NCBI GenBank assembly: GCA_046052125.1
Contig: JBJOMY010000004.1
Coordinates: 224,001 to 288,000 of the forward strand
Direction of reading: 5' to 3'
DNA: 64,000 nucleotides
Origin: Cyanobacteriota bacterium
GTDB taxonomy: Bacteria > Cyanobacteriota > Cyanobacteriia > PCC-6307 > Cyanobiaceae
The notes under the pieces are model-generated. The model searched no databases, was not told the DNA's origin, and was given only the letters and a program-made list of their open reading frames with translations. Positions within the stretch are counted from its first letter, which is position 1. Every line of letters starts with the position of its first letter. Below, in pieces: positions 1 through 14,486 of this stretch. The position numbers and the translations under genes were made by a program.

Positions 1-660
1 CTGCCCCAGGAGGCGGAGGGCCTGCAGCTGCAGGTGTCGCTTGGGGTGCTCTTCCTAGTGGTGGCGGGAACGCAAACGCTGCTGCCAGAAGCGGGTTTCC
101 CTGCGGCGGTGATGGCCGGGGTGGTGGTGGGGCTGCGCCTGGACCAGCAGGCCAGCCAGCTCGATGAGCTGATCGCCCAGCTGGCGCAGCTGGCGATCAC
201 GGTGTTGTTTCCGCTCTTGGCGGCCGACCTCTCCTGGAGTGAGCTCAGCCCGCTGGGCTGGGGCGGTGTGGCTTGCGTGTTTGCCCTGATGCTTTACCGC
301 TGGGTGGTGGTGCAGTTCGCCGGCCTGGGACTGAGCTTTCTGCGCTGGCCGGACAAGTTGATGCTCAGTTGGGTGGCACCGCGCGGCATCGTGACCGCCG
401 CTGTGGCCAGCCTGTTTGCCCTCGAGCTGGAGGCGGCCGGGGTGCAGGGAGCAGGGGCCCTCAAGGGCCTGGTCTTCCTCACGATCCTGCTCACCGTTGT
501 GGTGCAGGGCTTCAGTGCCCCGCTGCTGGCCCAGAAACTCGGCTTGGTGGAGCCGGAAGCGCCGTTAGAGACTGCGCTCGATGCGGCCGCGAGCCTCGCC
601 GCTGGGTTGGAGCAGCAGCCAGGTGGTGAGCAGGTCGGGACCTTGAAGGCTGCCGAGTAG
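1..660 (+). CDS. CPA1-family Na+/H+ antiporter, 5'-truncated by window edge
   Basis: Frame open from base 1; multiple TM segments; [15 protein letters not shown] and [10 protein letters not shown] motifs typical of NhaP-type antiporters. Confidence 0.85.
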   Translation: MPQEAEGLQLQVSLGVLFLVVAGTQTLLPEAGFPAAVMAGVVVGLRLDQQASQLDELIAQLAQLAITVLFPLLAADLSWSELSPLGWGGVACVFALMLYRWVVVQFAGLGLSFLRWPDKLMLSWVAPRGIVTAAVASLFALELEAAGVQGAGALKGLVFLTILLTVVVQGFSAPLLAQKLGLVEPEAPLETALDAAASLAAGLEQQPGGEQVGTLKAAE

Positions 661-2007
661 GGCCGCCCGCAGCGTTTTCATCAACACGCCCTTCTTCACA
701 CCGGCGGCAGCCACGGCTTCGCCCAGTAAGGCTTGGGCCGCATCAGCCGTGAGTGCACCTTTAGGCAGCCGTTCCAGCAGGGCTTGCAGCGCAGGCCGGG
801 CTCCATCGCTTTCCAACTGCTTCTGCGCGTCGGCGTTGAGTTCGGGGCGCTCAAAGAAGGGATGTGCCTGCTCGATGCCGTCCTGCAGGGTGACCAGCGA
901 GGGACCGATCAGAGTCGACAGCTCTTGCAGCCAGCTGGGCTCGGCGCTCTCCACCGCCCACCCTTGGGAGCTCCAGAGGGGCAGGAGTTGGGCCAGCAAC
1001 TGCTCGGGTCCCTGCTCATGCAGCACCTGGCTGTTGAGCCAGTTGAGCTTGTCCCAGTCGAAGCGGGCCCCTGCCTTGTTGACCCGATCGAAATCAAACG
1101 CCGCTGCGGCCTGCTCGAGGGTGAAGCGCTCGCCCATGCCTTCCGGCGGCGACCAGCCCAGCAGCGTCATGTAGTTGGCCAGCGCTTCGGCGGTGTAGCC
1201 CTGGGAGCGGAAGTCGCTCACCGAGGTGACGCCATCGCGCTTGGAGAGCTTCTTGCCCTCCTTATTGAGGATCAGCGGTGTGTGAGCGAACACCGGTGCC
1301 GGAGCGCCGAGGGCTTCGTAGAGCAGCAGCTGCTTGGCGGTGTTGGCGATGTGGTCTTCGCCGCGGATCACGTGGGTGATGGCCATGGCGGCGTCATCCA
1401 CTACCACCACCAGGTTGTAGAGGGGATCGCCGATCTGATCAGCGGGAGCCCGGCGGGCGATCACCATGTCGCCGCCCAGGTCGGCTCCAGCCCAGCGCAT
1501 CTCACCGCGCACCAGGTCGGTCCAGGTGATCACCGCCTCATCGTCGATTCGGAAGCGGATCGTGGCTTCACGCCCTTCGGCGATGTAGGCCTGCTCCTGC
1601 TCGGGGCTGAGGTTGCGGTGGCGGTTGTCGTAGCGGGGGGCGCGGTTTTCGGCGGCCTGCCGCTCGCGCATCTCGGTGAGCTCGGCTTCGCTGGCGTAGC
1701 AGCGGTAGGCCTTGCCGCTGTCCAATAGCTGCTGGATGGCGGCGCGATGCTCAGCGATGCGCTCGCTCTGCACCACCGGTTCGCCGTCCCAGTTGAGCCC
1801 CAGCCATTGCAGGCCTTCGAGGATGTTGGCGGTGTACTCGGGCTTGCTGCGCTCTTTGTCGGTGTCCTCGATGCGCAGCAGGAACTGCCCGCCTTGGCGC
1901 CGTGCGAACAGCCAATTGAACACAGCAGTGCGGGCTGTGCCGATGTGAAGGGTGCCGGTGGGGCTGGGGGCGAGACGCACACGTACCGCCGCTCCAGTTG
2001 TCACCAC
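565..2007 (-). CDS. gltX: Glutamate--tRNA ligase
   Basis: [14 protein letters not shown] (HIGH), [20 protein letters not shown] (KMSKS) motifs. Confidence 0.98.
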   Translation of the reverse strand: MVTTGAAVRVRLAPSPTGTLHIGTARTAVFNWLFARRQGGQFLLRIEDTDKERSKPEYTANILEGLQWLGLNWDGEPVVQSERIAEHRAAIQQLLDSGKAYRCYASEAELTEMRERQAAENRAPRYDNRHRNLSPEQEQAYIAEGREATIRFRIDDEAVITWTDLVRGEMRWAGADLGGDMVIARRAPADQIGDPLYNLVVVVDDAAMAITHVIRGEDHIANTAKQLLLYEALGAPAPVFAHTPLILNKEGKKLSKRDGVTSVSDFRSQGYTAEALANYMTLLGWSPPEGMGERFTLEQAAAAFDFDRVNKAGARFDWDKLNWLNSQVLHEQGPEQLLAQLLPLWSSQGWAVESAEPSWLQELSTLIGPSLVTLQDGIEQAHPFFERPELNADAQKQLESDGARPALQALLERLPKGALTADAAQALLGEAVAAAGVKKGVLMKTLRAALLGSLQGPDLLTTWLLLQPSGEARGRIERSL

Positions 2008-2033
2008 TGGTCTTGTCCTCTGATGAGATGGAA

Positions 2034-2107
2034 CGGGACTGACGGGGCTCGAACCCGCAACTTCCGCCGTGACAGGGCGGTGCTCTAACCGATTGAACTA
2101 CAGTCCC
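2034..2107 (-). tRNA. tRNA-Asp (GTC)
   Basis: Reverse complement GGGACTGTAGTTCAATCGGTTAGAGCACCGCCCTGTCACGGCGG...GGTTCGAGCCCCGTCAGTCCCG forms a cloverleaf, anticodon GTC. Confidence 0.98.
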
Positions 2108-2175
2108 TTGAGTGCTCAGAGAGCTCTCCCAGACAGGGCTTTTAGCCTGGCCTGTGCCGCGTCAGCGACCCCAAA

Positions 2176-2205
2176 AGTATCCGTTGTCGACCTGCCCTCC
2201 GTCAA
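2176..2205 (-). promoter_or_regulatory. Putative sigma70-type promoter for tRNA-Asp/gltX
   Basis: TTGACG-18 nt-GATACT on minus strand, just downstream of the terminator at 2233-2260. Confidence 0.5.
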
Positions 2206-2232
2206 CTGGGTGAGCCATGCCAGCGCTCAGCC

Positions 2233-2260
2233 AAACAAAAAGCCCGCCTTGCGGCGGGCT
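2233..2260 (-). terminator. Intrinsic terminator after PSHCP
   Basis: AGCCCGCC-GCAA-GGCGGGCT hairpin followed by TTTTGTTT on minus strand. Confidence 0.85.
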
Positions 2261-2287
2261 GGTCAGAGCTGCAGAGTGCAGCCAATT

Positions 2288-2476
2288 TCAGGGACGAAAG
2301 CCAGCGGGTTCGATCAGGCGAACTTGGTTGCCACGGGCCGTGAATTCACGACCTTGATCGCTTTGCACGACCACGCGACCACCAGATTTAACGCGGATCA
2401 CCCGGGCACGAACCCAGCCGAGAGCGGCTGATTCGAGAACCTTGACGACATCACCGGGCTGTAGATCCAACTCCAT
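2288..2476 (-). CDS. Prochlorococcus/Synechococcus hyper-conserved protein (PSHCP), 62 aa
   Basis: MELDLQPGDVVKVLESAALGWVRARVIRVKSGGRVVVQSDQGREFTARGNQVRLIEPAGFRP, in its known context between tRNA-Trp and tRNA-Asp/gltX. Confidence 0.95.
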   Translation of the reverse strand: MELDLQPGDVVKVLESAALGWVRARVIRVKSGGRVVVQSDQGREFTARGNQVRLIEPAGFRP

Positions 2477-2513
2477 GTCCGGAACGTAGAAACTGCAGGG
2501 AGGGAACACCGAA

Positions 2514-2586
2514 CGCGCCGTGGAGGACTTGAACCCCCGACATCAGGTTTTGGAGACCTGCGTTCTACCAACTGAACTAACGGCGC
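2514..2586 (-). tRNA. tRNA-Trp (CCA)
   Basis: Reverse complement GCGCCGTTAGTTCAGTTGGTAGAACGCAGGTCTCCAAAACCTG...GGTTCAAGTCCTCCACGGCGCG, anticodon CCA. Confidence 0.98.
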
Positions 2587-2684
2587 AGGGCCGATGTTCC
2601 CCCAACCGGATGATCACGGTCGCAACCGAATCATCCGGGAGACCAATCAACGAATGATGGCCAGAGACTGAAGGCGAGAGCCGA

Positions 2685-3188
2685 TCAGCGATCGAAGCGC
2701 TGCTTGACGCGGGTGGCTTTGCCCACTCGGTCGCGCAGATAGAAGAGCTTCGCTCGACGCACCTTACCCCGGCGCTCCACCTTGATGGAAGCCACCTGAG
2801 GGCTGTGAATCAGGAAGACCCGCTCCACACCAACACCCTGGAAGATGCGGCGCACGGTGATGGTCTCGTTGAGGCCACCGTGGCGCTTGGCGATCACCAC
2901 GCCCTCGTAGGGCTGGATGCGCTCCTTGTTGCCCTCGGTGATGCGCACGCCAACGCGCACGGTGTCACCCACGTAGATCTCGGGGTGATCCTTGGCCTGC
3001 TGAGCGATCTGCTCGGCCTCGAAGGCGCGGATCAGCTCGCTGGCGCTGAGCTTGCCCACGCTCACCTTGGCGGCGGGCTTCTCAGCCACGGCCACGGTGG
3101 CGTCAGCTGCGGTTTCAGCGGCTGCCTCGGCCTCGGTGCTGGTGGTCTCTTTGATTTCGTCGGTCATGTCCTTGGATTCCGCTGCCAT
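2685..3188 (-). CDS. rplS: 50S ribosomal protein L19 with acidic/Ala-rich N-terminal extension
   Basis: [43 protein letters not shown]. Confidence 0.98.
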   Translation of the reverse strand: MAAESKDMTDEIKETTSTEAEAAAETAADATVAVAEKPAAKVSVGKLSASELIRAFEAEQIAQQAKDHPEIYVGDTVRVGVRITEGNKERIQPYEGVVIAKRHGGLNETITVRRIFQGVGVERVFLIHSPQVASIKVERRGKVRRAKLFYLRDRVGKATRVKQRFDR

Positions 3189-3230
3189 CCAGCTCCGAAA
3201 AACGCCTGGCCAAACAACCAGTGTACTGGC

Positions 3231-3536
3231 TCAGGGTGCGAGGGGGCCTGGCGGCTTTCTTTGCTGCCAGCGCTGGGTCAGCAGCAGGGCTCCGCTCCCC
3301 AGCATCCAGAGCAGACCTAGACCATTGCACAACACATAAACAGGTTCTGCCCAAGCTCCGAGCCACTCGCCCTCGTGCAGCACCATCAGCCAGTGCACCT
3401 GATCCCGCGTGAGGCCGCCCCAGTCCTTCAACAGTCGGTAGCTCATGCCGCTCAGCACGGTGACCAACAGCGGTGCCAGCACCAGTGGCGCCACGGCGGC
3501 ATGCCACTGACGCAGGCGAACCAACAGCGGGGACAT
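3231..3536 (-). CDS. PepSY-associated TM domain small membrane protein
   Basis: RLRQWH...PLLVTVLSG and [11 protein letters not shown] motifs, two TM helices. Confidence 0.7.
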   Translation of the reverse strand: MSPLLVRLRQWHAAVAPLVLAPLLVTVLSGMSYRLLKDWGGLTRDQVHWLMVLHEGEWLGAWAEPVYVLCNGLGLLWMLGSGALLLTQRWQQRKPPGPLAP

Positions 3537-3601
3537 GGCGATCTGGCGGCCGGGCTGTGGTTTCAGGTTCTAACTTGAAACGAAGGGTCCGTAACGCCGA
3601 G

Positions 3602-4477
3602 ATGAATCTGTTCGCTGAACTGCTCGCCGCGACGCAGAAATCTCAGGACGGCGCCGCAGCGGCTGCTCCCTCGGTGGTGACCCAGACCGGACCGCGCATT
3701 CAGAAAAGCCGGCGCGGCGTGGAAGTGAAGAGCGCCCGTGAGATCGAGACGATGCGCCAGGCCAGCCGGATCGTGGCCACCGTGCTCCGCGAAATCATCG
3801 AGATGGCTGCCCCTGGCATGACCACCGGCGATCTCGATGCCCATGCCGAGAAGCGCATCCGTGAGATGGGTGCGGTGCCCAGCTTCAAGGGCTACCACGG
3901 TTTCCCAGCCAGCATTTGCGCCTCGATCAATAACGAGGTGGTGCATGGCATCCCCAGCAACAAGCGGGTGATCAAGGCCGGTGACCTGATGAAGATCGAC
4001 ACTGGCGCCTACTTCGACGGCTATCACGGTGATAGCTGCGTGACGATCTGCGTGGGAGACGGGGTGCCCGAGCAGGCCCGCACCCTCTCACGCGTGGCCC
4101 AAGAATCCCTCATGAAGGGTCTGGCCACCGTGAAGGCCGGCAGCACTCTGTTTGATCTGGCCGGTGCCGTGCAGGATCACGTGGAAGCCCATGGCTTCGC
4201 GGTGGTGGAGGACTACACCGGTCATGGCGTGGGGCGCAATCTCCACGAGGAGCCCTCGGTGTTCAACTACCGCACCCGCGAGCTGCCGAACATGAAGCTT
4301 CGGCCTGGGATGACGCTTGCGGTGGAGCCGATCCTCAATGCCGGCAGCAAGGCCTGCCGCACCCTCAAGGACCGCTGGACTGTGGTGACCGTGGATGGCA
4401 GCCTCTCGGCCCAGTGGGAACACACCATCGCGGTGACCAGCGATGGCTGCGAGATCCTCACCGACCGCGACTTCTGA
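3602..4477 (+). CDS. map: Type I methionine aminopeptidase
   Basis: [44 protein letters not shown]; start set at ATG 3602. Confidence 0.97.
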   Translation: MNLFAELLAATQKSQDGAAAAAPSVVTQTGPRIQKSRRGVEVKSAREIETMRQASRIVATVLREIIEMAAPGMTTGDLDAHAEKRIREMGAVPSFKGYHGFPASICASINNEVVHGIPSNKRVIKAGDLMKIDTGAYFDGYHGDSCVTICVGDGVPEQARTLSRVAQESLMKGLATVKAGSTLFDLAGAVQDHVEAHGFAVVEDYTGHGVGRNLHEEPSVFNYRTRELPNMKLRPGMTLAVEPILNAGSKACRTLKDRWTVVTVDGSLSAQWEHTIAVTSDGCEILTDRDF

Positions 4478-4488
4478 GCTGGAGCGCC

Positions 4489-5223
4489 CTAGCGCGCGGC
4501 TTTGCTGAAGGCCCTGAAATACAGCCAACGCCCCAGCGTGGCCAGCGGCATTAAGACGTAGGTGAGCGGGTTGGGGGTGACAATCACCAGCCCCAAGTTC
4601 CAATTGATCTGACTCAGGATCGCTCGGGCCACGAAGTCCGCACTCATCACCCCGATCGGGTTGAGCGCCGAACGAAACGGTCCGAGTACAAGCCGCCGCA
4701 GCCGTAGGTGTGGCCCTGCGAGATCGAGGCTGCGCAGGCTGAGCAGTTGCCCCTGAAGGCGTTTGCTCAGCTCATAAAGCGGGCTCACCGCGGCCTGGAT
4801 CTCGGCCTCGGAGGTGTTCATCCACAACTCTCGTGCCGGCCGATCGGCTGGATCCCTGCCGGCGATCTCCGCAAACAGCTCCAGCAATCGCCAACTGCTG
4901 AGGGCGTTCACCTCCAGCGAACGCGCCACGGCGGCGGCGCTGCGGTCGGAGTGACTGTTGAAGCCGTGATTGATCACCAACACATCACAGCGCTGCAGCA
5001 CGGCTGCCAGCGCCTGCTCCTGCCCGCAGCTCCAGCGCACCTGCTCGAGGGGGACGGGGCTGCCGTTGCTGTTTTGGAGATCCAGTGCGGTCTCCCCGCT
5101 GGTGAGGGCCACCAGAGATGCGCCATGGCGATGCAACTCCTGCAGCAACGCCCGGCCCAGGCTGCCGCTGGCTCCGGTGACGGCCACGGTGCGGCCGGCG
5201 AACAGCTGGGGAGACATCGGCAA
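4489..5223 (-). CDS. SDR-family oxidoreductase (cyanobacterial type)
   Basis: TGASGSLG Rossmann motif, NTSEAE, YELSK (YxxxK). Confidence 0.9.
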   Translation of the reverse strand: MPMSPQLFAGRTVAVTGASGSLGRALLQELHRHGASLVALTSGETALDLQNSNGSPVPLEQVRWSCGQEQALAAVLQRCDVLVINHGFNSHSDRSAAAVARSLEVNALSSWRLLELFAEIAGRDPADRPARELWMNTSEAEIQAAVSPLYELSKRLQGQLLSLRSLDLAGPHLRLRRLVLGPFRSALNPIGVMSADFVARAILSQINWNLGLVIVTPNPLTYVLMPLATLGRWLYFRAFSKAAR

Positions 5224-5274
5224 TGGGCGTTGCCGTCAGCTTGCGGCATCCTCAGAACAGATTGAGTGGCGCGG

Positions 5275-5658
5275 ATGTCGGCGGCGCTGGTGGCCCTGTT
5301 TGCTCCTTATTGCCACGGCGCCCCTGGCGCCCCGGTAATCGATGCAGCACTGCAGCTCCTCGCCCTAGGCCAGTTGGAAGGCCAACGCTGCCTGCGTCCG
5401 CAGGGGGAGCGGCCATTCACGCTGCGTTGGCAGCCAGGGGTGGCACCGCTGGAGCTGGCTCAGGTGCAGTTGGAGGTGCGCAGCGCTGAGCCGGCACCCG
5501 CCGTTCAGTACCGCTTCGAGCTGCCCACCCATCAACTCTTGAGCTGGTTGATCGAGTGGCAAGTCGCAGCTCAGGGGGCTGGCGGCTCGGCTGATCTGCC
5601 GGAGAGCTTCTGGCAGTGGTTGATTCTTGGGCTCGATCCAGCGGCTCTGCGGACCTAG
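5275..5658 (+). CDS. ebsA: EbsA-like protein (type IV pilus/secretion associated)
   Basis: LFAPYC...ALQLLALGQLEGQR...PFTLRW pattern resembles cyanobacterial EbsA; position before the DRTGG gene fits. Confidence 0.6.
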   Translation: MSAALVALFAPYCHGAPGAPVIDAALQLLALGQLEGQRCLRPQGERPFTLRWQPGVAPLELAQVQLEVRSAEPAPAVQYRFELPTHQLLSWLIEWQVAAQGAGGSADLPESFWQWLILGLDPAALRT

Positions 5659-5682
5659 ATTCGCCGCACCAGCTTTTGCCTC

Positions 5683-6801
5683 ATGGGTCACGGCAGCGCG
5701 TCTTCCCACGCCCGTTCGTCGGCCCTGTTGATTGGCTCCTGCGAGCCCTTCAGCGGTAAGTCGGCTGTGGTGCTTGGGCTTGCGCGCCAGTGGCTGCAGC
5801 GCGGCGTGCCAGTGCGCATCGGCAAGCCCCTTGCCGATAGCGCCGAGCTCGGAGCCGGTGCGGCTGGGCCCCTGATCGACGACGACGTGCGTTTCGTTGG
5901 TCAGATCCTGGGGCTGAGTGAGCAGCAGCTCGTGCCATCGGTGCATTTGCAAAGCGCCGATGTCGCTCGCGAGCGGCTGCTGGCTGGACGCCTCGACGCC
6001 GGCTCCGGTTTTGCTGAGCTCCAACAGCTACTTGATGCGGCCGGTGAGGGCATCACCCTGCTGGAAGGCGCTGGTGGACTGAGCGATGGGTTGCTCTACG
6101 GCTTGAGCCTCGTGCAGGTGGCCCGAGGCCTTCAGGCTCCCGTGGTGCTGGTGCATAGCTGGAGTGGTTGTCACAGTGCTGAGCCTTTGTTGGCGGCTCG
6201 CGAGCAGCTGGGCGATCTGCTCTGTGGCGTAGTGCTCAACGGTCTGCCGCCGGAGCAGGTGGAGACGGTGCGCGCTGAGGTGGCGCCCGCGCTCGAAAGC
6301 TTGGGGGTGCCCGTGCTGGGTGTGATGCCGCGATCGCCGCTGCTGCGCAGCGTCACGGTGGAAGAGCTGGTGCGTCGCCTCAATGCCCAGGTTTTGTGCT
6401 GCCGCGATCGGTTGGATCTGCTGGTTGAAACGCTCTCGATTGGGGCGATGAACGTGAACTCGGCCATGGAGTTCTTCCGCCGGCGCCGCAATATGGCGGT
6501 GGTCACCGGTGCCGACCGCACGGATATTCAATTGGCGGCCCTGGAAGCCTCCACCCAGTGCCTGATCCTCACCGGTGCCGGTGAACCGCTGCCGCAGTTG
6601 ATTTCTCGCGCTGAAGAACTCGAAGTGCCTTTGCTCAAGGTGGAACACGACACCCTCACCACCGTGGAGGTGATTGAAAGTGCGTTCGGTCATGTGCGGC
6701 TGCACGAATCGGTGAAGGCCACCTATGCCTTCCGCCTGGTGGAGGAACACTGCGATTTCGAGCCGCTGTTGACGCGCTTACGCCTTCCGGTCCCTGCGTG
6801 A
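5683..6801 (+). CDS. Phosphotransacetylase-family protein (BioD-like N-terminus + DRTGG domain)
   Basis: GSCEPFSGKS P-loop, LLEGAG, VTGADRTDIQLAAL...LILTG. Confidence 0.9.
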   Translation: MGHGSASSHARSSALLIGSCEPFSGKSAVVLGLARQWLQRGVPVRIGKPLADSAELGAGAAGPLIDDDVRFVGQILGLSEQQLVPSVHLQSADVARERLLAGRLDAGSGFAELQQLLDAAGEGITLLEGAGGLSDGLLYGLSLVQVARGLQAPVVLVHSWSGCHSAEPLLAAREQLGDLLCGVVLNGLPPEQVETVRAEVAPALESLGVPVLGVMPRSPLLRSVTVEELVRRLNAQVLCCRDRLDLLVETLSIGAMNVNSAMEFFRRRRNMAVVTGADRTDIQLAALEASTQCLILTGAGEPLPQLISRAEELEVPLLKVEHDTLTTVEVIESAFGHVRLHESVKATYAFRLVEEHCDFEPLLTRLRLPVPA

Positions 6802-6838
6802 ACACTGCTAGTTTCGAGTCGTCAGCAGGTGTTGTGCG

Positions 6839-7351
6839 TTGACCCGGTCTCTTGATTTGCCGGCCCTCGACCGGATCGACACCCTGGCCCAGGAGCTGGC
6901 GATGCTTCAGGACCGCAGCAAGCGCCGTATTGCCATCCTCGGAAGCCGCCACGTGCCGGTCGTGTCCGTGCATCTGGTTGAACTCGTGTCGCGTTCCTTG
7001 GCCCAGGAGGGCCACAACCTGATCACATCGGGCGCTCAGGGTGTGAATTCCGCCGTGATCCGCAGTGTGCTGGAGATCGATCCTTCCCGGCTCACGGTGT
7101 TGCTTCCCCAGAGCCTCGATCGCCAGCCCCGCGAATCCCGCGAGCAGCTCGAGCAGGTGCTTCATCTGGTGGAGAAGCCTGAAAACGACGAGCTGCCGTT
7201 GCCCATGGCCAGCAGCCTTTGTAACCAGGAAATCATTCGCCGCTGCGATCAACTGATCTGTTTCGCCTTCCACGACAGCGAAACCCTGCTCGCCAGCTGC
7301 CGTACAGCTGAAGATATGGGCAAAGTGGTGAGCTTGATGTTCTTTGACTGA
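6839..7351 (+). CDS. DprA/Smf-like Rossmann-fold (SLOG) protein, conserved in cyanobacteria
   Basis: IAILGSR, ITSGAQGVN, CNQEII, FAFHDS. Confidence 0.8.
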   Translation: MTRSLDLPALDRIDTLAQELAMLQDRSKRRIAILGSRHVPVVSVHLVELVSRSLAQEGHNLITSGAQGVNSAVIRSVLEIDPSRLTVLLPQSLDRQPRESREQLEQVLHLVEKPENDELPLPMASSLCNQEIIRRCDQLICFAFHDSETLLASCRTAEDMGKVVSLMFFD

Positions 7352-7354
7352 GGG

Positions 7355-7765
7355 CTACGAAACTAGAAACAACTTCAGGCTTTCGATATACATAATCCCT
7401 GTGCACACCATCGCCCCGGCCCAGCAGAGGGAGCGCAAGGGCGGAAAGTTCGCCACATAGGCAGCGATGTACCCCAGGCGCAGGGCGGGGTAGATCCATG
7501 CGGCTCCAATCGCTGTGCCGCTCTGGACGTTTGCGATCAGGCAGAGCAGGGCTGCCGGGGCGAACAGCACAAAGGCCTCGAAGCTATTCAGGTGAGCCCA
7601 GTTGGCGCGTTTGCCCCACTCCGGCAGTCGATCGAACATCGCCCGCGGTGCGGCCAGATCCGCCACGGTGAAATCCGCTTTCGAGCGGGCGGCGCCAAGG
7701 GGCACCAGGCTGGACACCACCACGCCTGCGGCGAGACAGAGCGACCAGGCAAAAGCAGCTTGCAT
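7355..7765 (-). CDS. MAPEG family membrane protein
   Basis: RANWAHLNSFEAF motif, four TM helices. Confidence 0.9.
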   Translation of the reverse strand: MQAAFAWSLCLAAGVVVSSLVPLGAARSKADFTVADLAAPRAMFDRLPEWGKRANWAHLNSFEAFVLFAPAALLCLIANVQSGTAIGAAWIYPALRLGYIAAYVANFPPLRSLCWAGAMVCTGIMYIESLKLFLVS

Positions 7766-7842
7766 CTCGAACGGGGCTCGGGGTTGGCGTTGAAGTCCTT
7801 TTCTAGGCTGGAACCAGCTTGCGCTGATTGCTTCCGCCGCCC

Positions 7843-8334
7843 ATGGCCGACACCTATTCCTTTGACGTGGTTTCCGACTTTGACCGTCAGGAGCTGGTGA
7901 ACGCTCTCGATCAGGTGCGGCGTGACGTGTCGACCCGCTACGACCTCAAGGACTCCAACACGGAGATTGATCTGGAGGAGACCAGCCTCACGATCACCAC
8001 AGCCAGCGATATGACGCTGCAGGCGGTGGAAGATGTGTTGCGTCAAAAGGCCACCAAGCGCAACCTCTCGCTCAAGATCTTCGATTTCCAATCGCCTGAG
8101 CCTGTGGGGGGCAATCGGGTGAAGCAGCTGGTGAAGCTGCGCAAGGGGCTTAGCCAGGAGCTGGCGAAGCAACTGAGCAAGACCGTGCGGGACGAGCTCA
8201 AAAAAGTCACCGTCGCCATCCAGGGCGACACCCTCCGCGTGACCGGCAAGAGCAAGGACGACCTACAGGCCGCCATCAATCTGCTGAAGGCCCAGGACGT
8301 TGAGGTGCCCCTGCAGTTTCAGAACTACCGCTGA
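7843..8334 (+). CDS. yajQ: YajQ family nucleotide-binding protein
   Basis: SFDVVS, RYDLK, IQGDTLRVTGKSKDDLQ, LQFQNYR. Confidence 0.95.
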   Translation: MADTYSFDVVSDFDRQELVNALDQVRRDVSTRYDLKDSNTEIDLEETSLTITTASDMTLQAVEDVLRQKATKRNLSLKIFDFQSPEPVGGNRVKQLVKLRKGLSQELAKQLSKTVRDELKKVTVAIQGDTLRVTGKSKDDLQAAINLLKAQDVEVPLQFQNYR

Positions 8335-8339
8335 GCTCC

Positions 8340-11950
<3,611 letters not shown>

Positions 11951-11972
<22 letters not shown>

Positions 11973-13756
11973 CTGGTTTTGCGGCAGGGCTGTTGGTTTC
12001 CCCAGCCCACGCCAATCTTCTGCAGGAGCAGGCCCAGCGCTTCCATCCGATCGAATCCAGCGGCGGCATGGTGGCGGCCCAGGAGGCTCGGGCCGCGGCG
12101 GTGGGTGCAGCGATCCTGCGCCGCGGGGGCAATGCGGTGGATGCGGCCGTGGCCACCTCCTTTGCCTTGGCGGTCACCCTGCCGCAGGCCGGAAACCTTG
12201 GCGGTGGCGGCTTTCTTGTGCTGTGGTTGCCCCGTAGCGGCCGGATCAGCACCTGCCCAGCGGCCGCTCGCTCAGCGCCCCTGCCGCAGGCCATTGCGCT
12301 CGGCCGCGGTGAGGCGGTTGCGCTCAATTTCCGCGAAACAGCTCCCCTGGCTGCTGGCCGCGACCTCTTTCTCAACCCTGATGGCAGTGTGAACCGTGAT
12401 CGGGCGCTGCGCAGCCTGTTGAGCACGGGTGTGCCCGGCACTGTGGCGGGTCTGACCCAGGTGCAGGCCCGCTATGGCTGTTTGCCGCTTCAGGCGGTGA
12501 TGCAGCCCGCCATCGACTTGGCGGAACGCGGTTTCCCGGTGGGCGCTGAGCTGAGTGACTCTCTGCAAGCGGCAGCACCTTTGCTGAAGAGCGACCCCAC
12601 CAGTGCGCGTCAGTTCTTCAAGGCTGATGGCAGCGTTTTCAAGCCGGGTGAACGTCTACGCCAACCGCAGCTGGCCGCCAGCCTCGGTTGCATCGCGCGT
12701 CAGGGCGCTAGTTGTTTCTACCGCGGATCCCTGGCCCGCCAGATCACGGCGTTGATGCGCCAACGCGGCGGTTTGATCACCTCCGCCGACCTCCAGGCTT
12801 ATCGCGCCCCCTGGGCCCACCCCCTGCAAACCCGATTCCAGGGCTATCCGGTGCTCACGATGCCGCCTCCCAGTGGCGGGGGCGCCACGTTGGTGCAGCT
12901 GCTGAAGGTGCTGGAGCCCCTGAATCTCGCCTCCACTGGCCTGAACAGCGCCTCCACCATTCATTGGCTGGTGGAGGCGTTCAACCTTGCCTATCGGGAT
13001 CGCAATCGTCTGCTTGGGGATCCTGATCAGATCGCCATGCCTCTCGATCGGCTCCTCAGCGATGCCTACGCCACCCAGCAGCGGCAGCGCATCCAGCCGG
13101 AGCGCCACCGTCCGGCAGCTGAGTTGGAAACCGAACCGTCTTCGCTGAGCGGTGGCAGCAACACCACCCATCTCTCTGTTGTGGATCGCGACGGTGGCCT
13201 CGTGGCCACCACCACCACCCTGAACACGGCCTATGGCAACGGCATCACGGTGCCGGGAGCTGGTTTCCTGCTCAACAACGAGATGGACGACTTCACCGCC
13301 AAACCCGGTGCCCCGAATGCCTACGGATTGCGCCAGGGGGAGCAGAACGCCATCGCCCCAGGTCGTCGTCCCCTCAGTTCCATGACGCCCACCCTGGTGT
13401 TCCGTCCCGATGGAAGTCCGTTGCTGGCTACGGGGAGTCCAGGGGGTAGCCGGATCATCACCACGGTGCTGCAGGTGCTGCTCAATCGCCTGGTGCATGG
13501 CCTCAACCTGGCCTCTGCGGTGGCGGCACCTCGTATTCACAGCCAGCTCTGGCCTGATCAGATCAGCATGGAGCAGGGCATCAGTCCCGATACGGTGCGT
13601 CTGTTGGAAGCCCGCGGCCATCGGATGGAGCTGACTGCCGCCATGGGTTCAGCCAATTCCGTGGAGGTGCGCTACGGCGCCGCTGGGATGGCCGGGAGTC
13701 TCGGGGTGGCGGATCCGCGTCGGCTGGATGCTGCCGCTGTTGCCGAGTCGCCCTGA
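11951..13756 (+). CDS. ggt: Gamma-glutamyltransferase with N-terminal signal peptide
   Basis: GGNAVDAAVA, GNLGGGGF, nucleophile NTTHLSVVD, LNNEMDDF, RPLSSMTP, GSPGGSRI. Confidence 0.96.
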
Positions 13757-13757
13757 T

Positions 13758-14486
13758 TCAGCCGCCCAGGTAGGCAGCTCGCAGCTTCGGGTTCTTGAGC
13801 AGGTCGTGCGCAGGCCCCTCCAGCTGGATTCGGCCGGCTTCCAGCACGTAGCCGCGATCGGCAATCTCAAGCGCCGCCTGGGCGTTCTGTTCCACCAGCA
13901 GGATCGTTTGCCCCTGTTGGTGCAAGTCCGCCAGCACGCCCATCACCTCGGCCACCAGCTTGGGTGCCAGGCCAAGGCTGGGTTCATCGAGCATCAGCAG
14001 CTCGGGGCGTCCCATCAGGGCCCGGGCGATGGCCAGCATCTGCTGCTCACCGCCGGAGAGTGAACCCGCCTGTTGCTGGCGCCGTTCTGCCAGGCGTGGG
14101 AAGAGGCTGTAGCAGCGCTCCAGATCACGCGCGATGCCGTCGCGGTCGCGTCGCAGATAGGCACCCAGCTCGAGATTGAAGGCCACGCTTTGGCGATTCA
14201 GCAGGCGGCGACCCTCCGGGCAGTGGCCGATGCCGAGCTTGAGAGTGCGGTGCGCCGGCACGCCGGCTAGATCGGCCCCATGCCAACGAATCCGCCCGCC
14301 GCTGGCGGGAATCAGGCGCGAGATCGCGCGCAGGCTGCTGCTTTTTCCGGCCCCGTTGGAGCCCAGCAGCGTGACCAGTTCACCGCGCCGCACCGCAAAT
14401 GACACACCAGCCAGGGCCTGCACGCTGCCGTAGTGCACTTGCAGCTGCTCAAGTTCCAGCACTGGCGCCGCTTGAGTGTTGTTCAT
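13758..14486 (-). CDS. livF: Branched-chain/HAAT ABC transporter ATP-binding subunit
   Basis: GSNGAGKS, PEGRR, LSGGEQQMLAIARALM, LDEPSLGLAP. Confidence 0.9.
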   Translation of the reverse strand: MNNTQAAPVLELEQLQVHYGSVQALAGVSFAVRRGELVTLLGSNGAGKSSSLRAISRLIPASGGRIRWHGADLAGVPAHRTLKLGIGHCPEGRRLLNRQSVAFNLELGAYLRRDRDGIARDLERCYSLFPRLAERRQQQAGSLSGGEQQMLAIARALMGRPELLMLDEPSLGLAPKLVAEVMGVLADLHQQGQTILLVEQNAQAALEIADRGYVLEAGRIQLEGPAHDLLKNPKLRAAYLGG

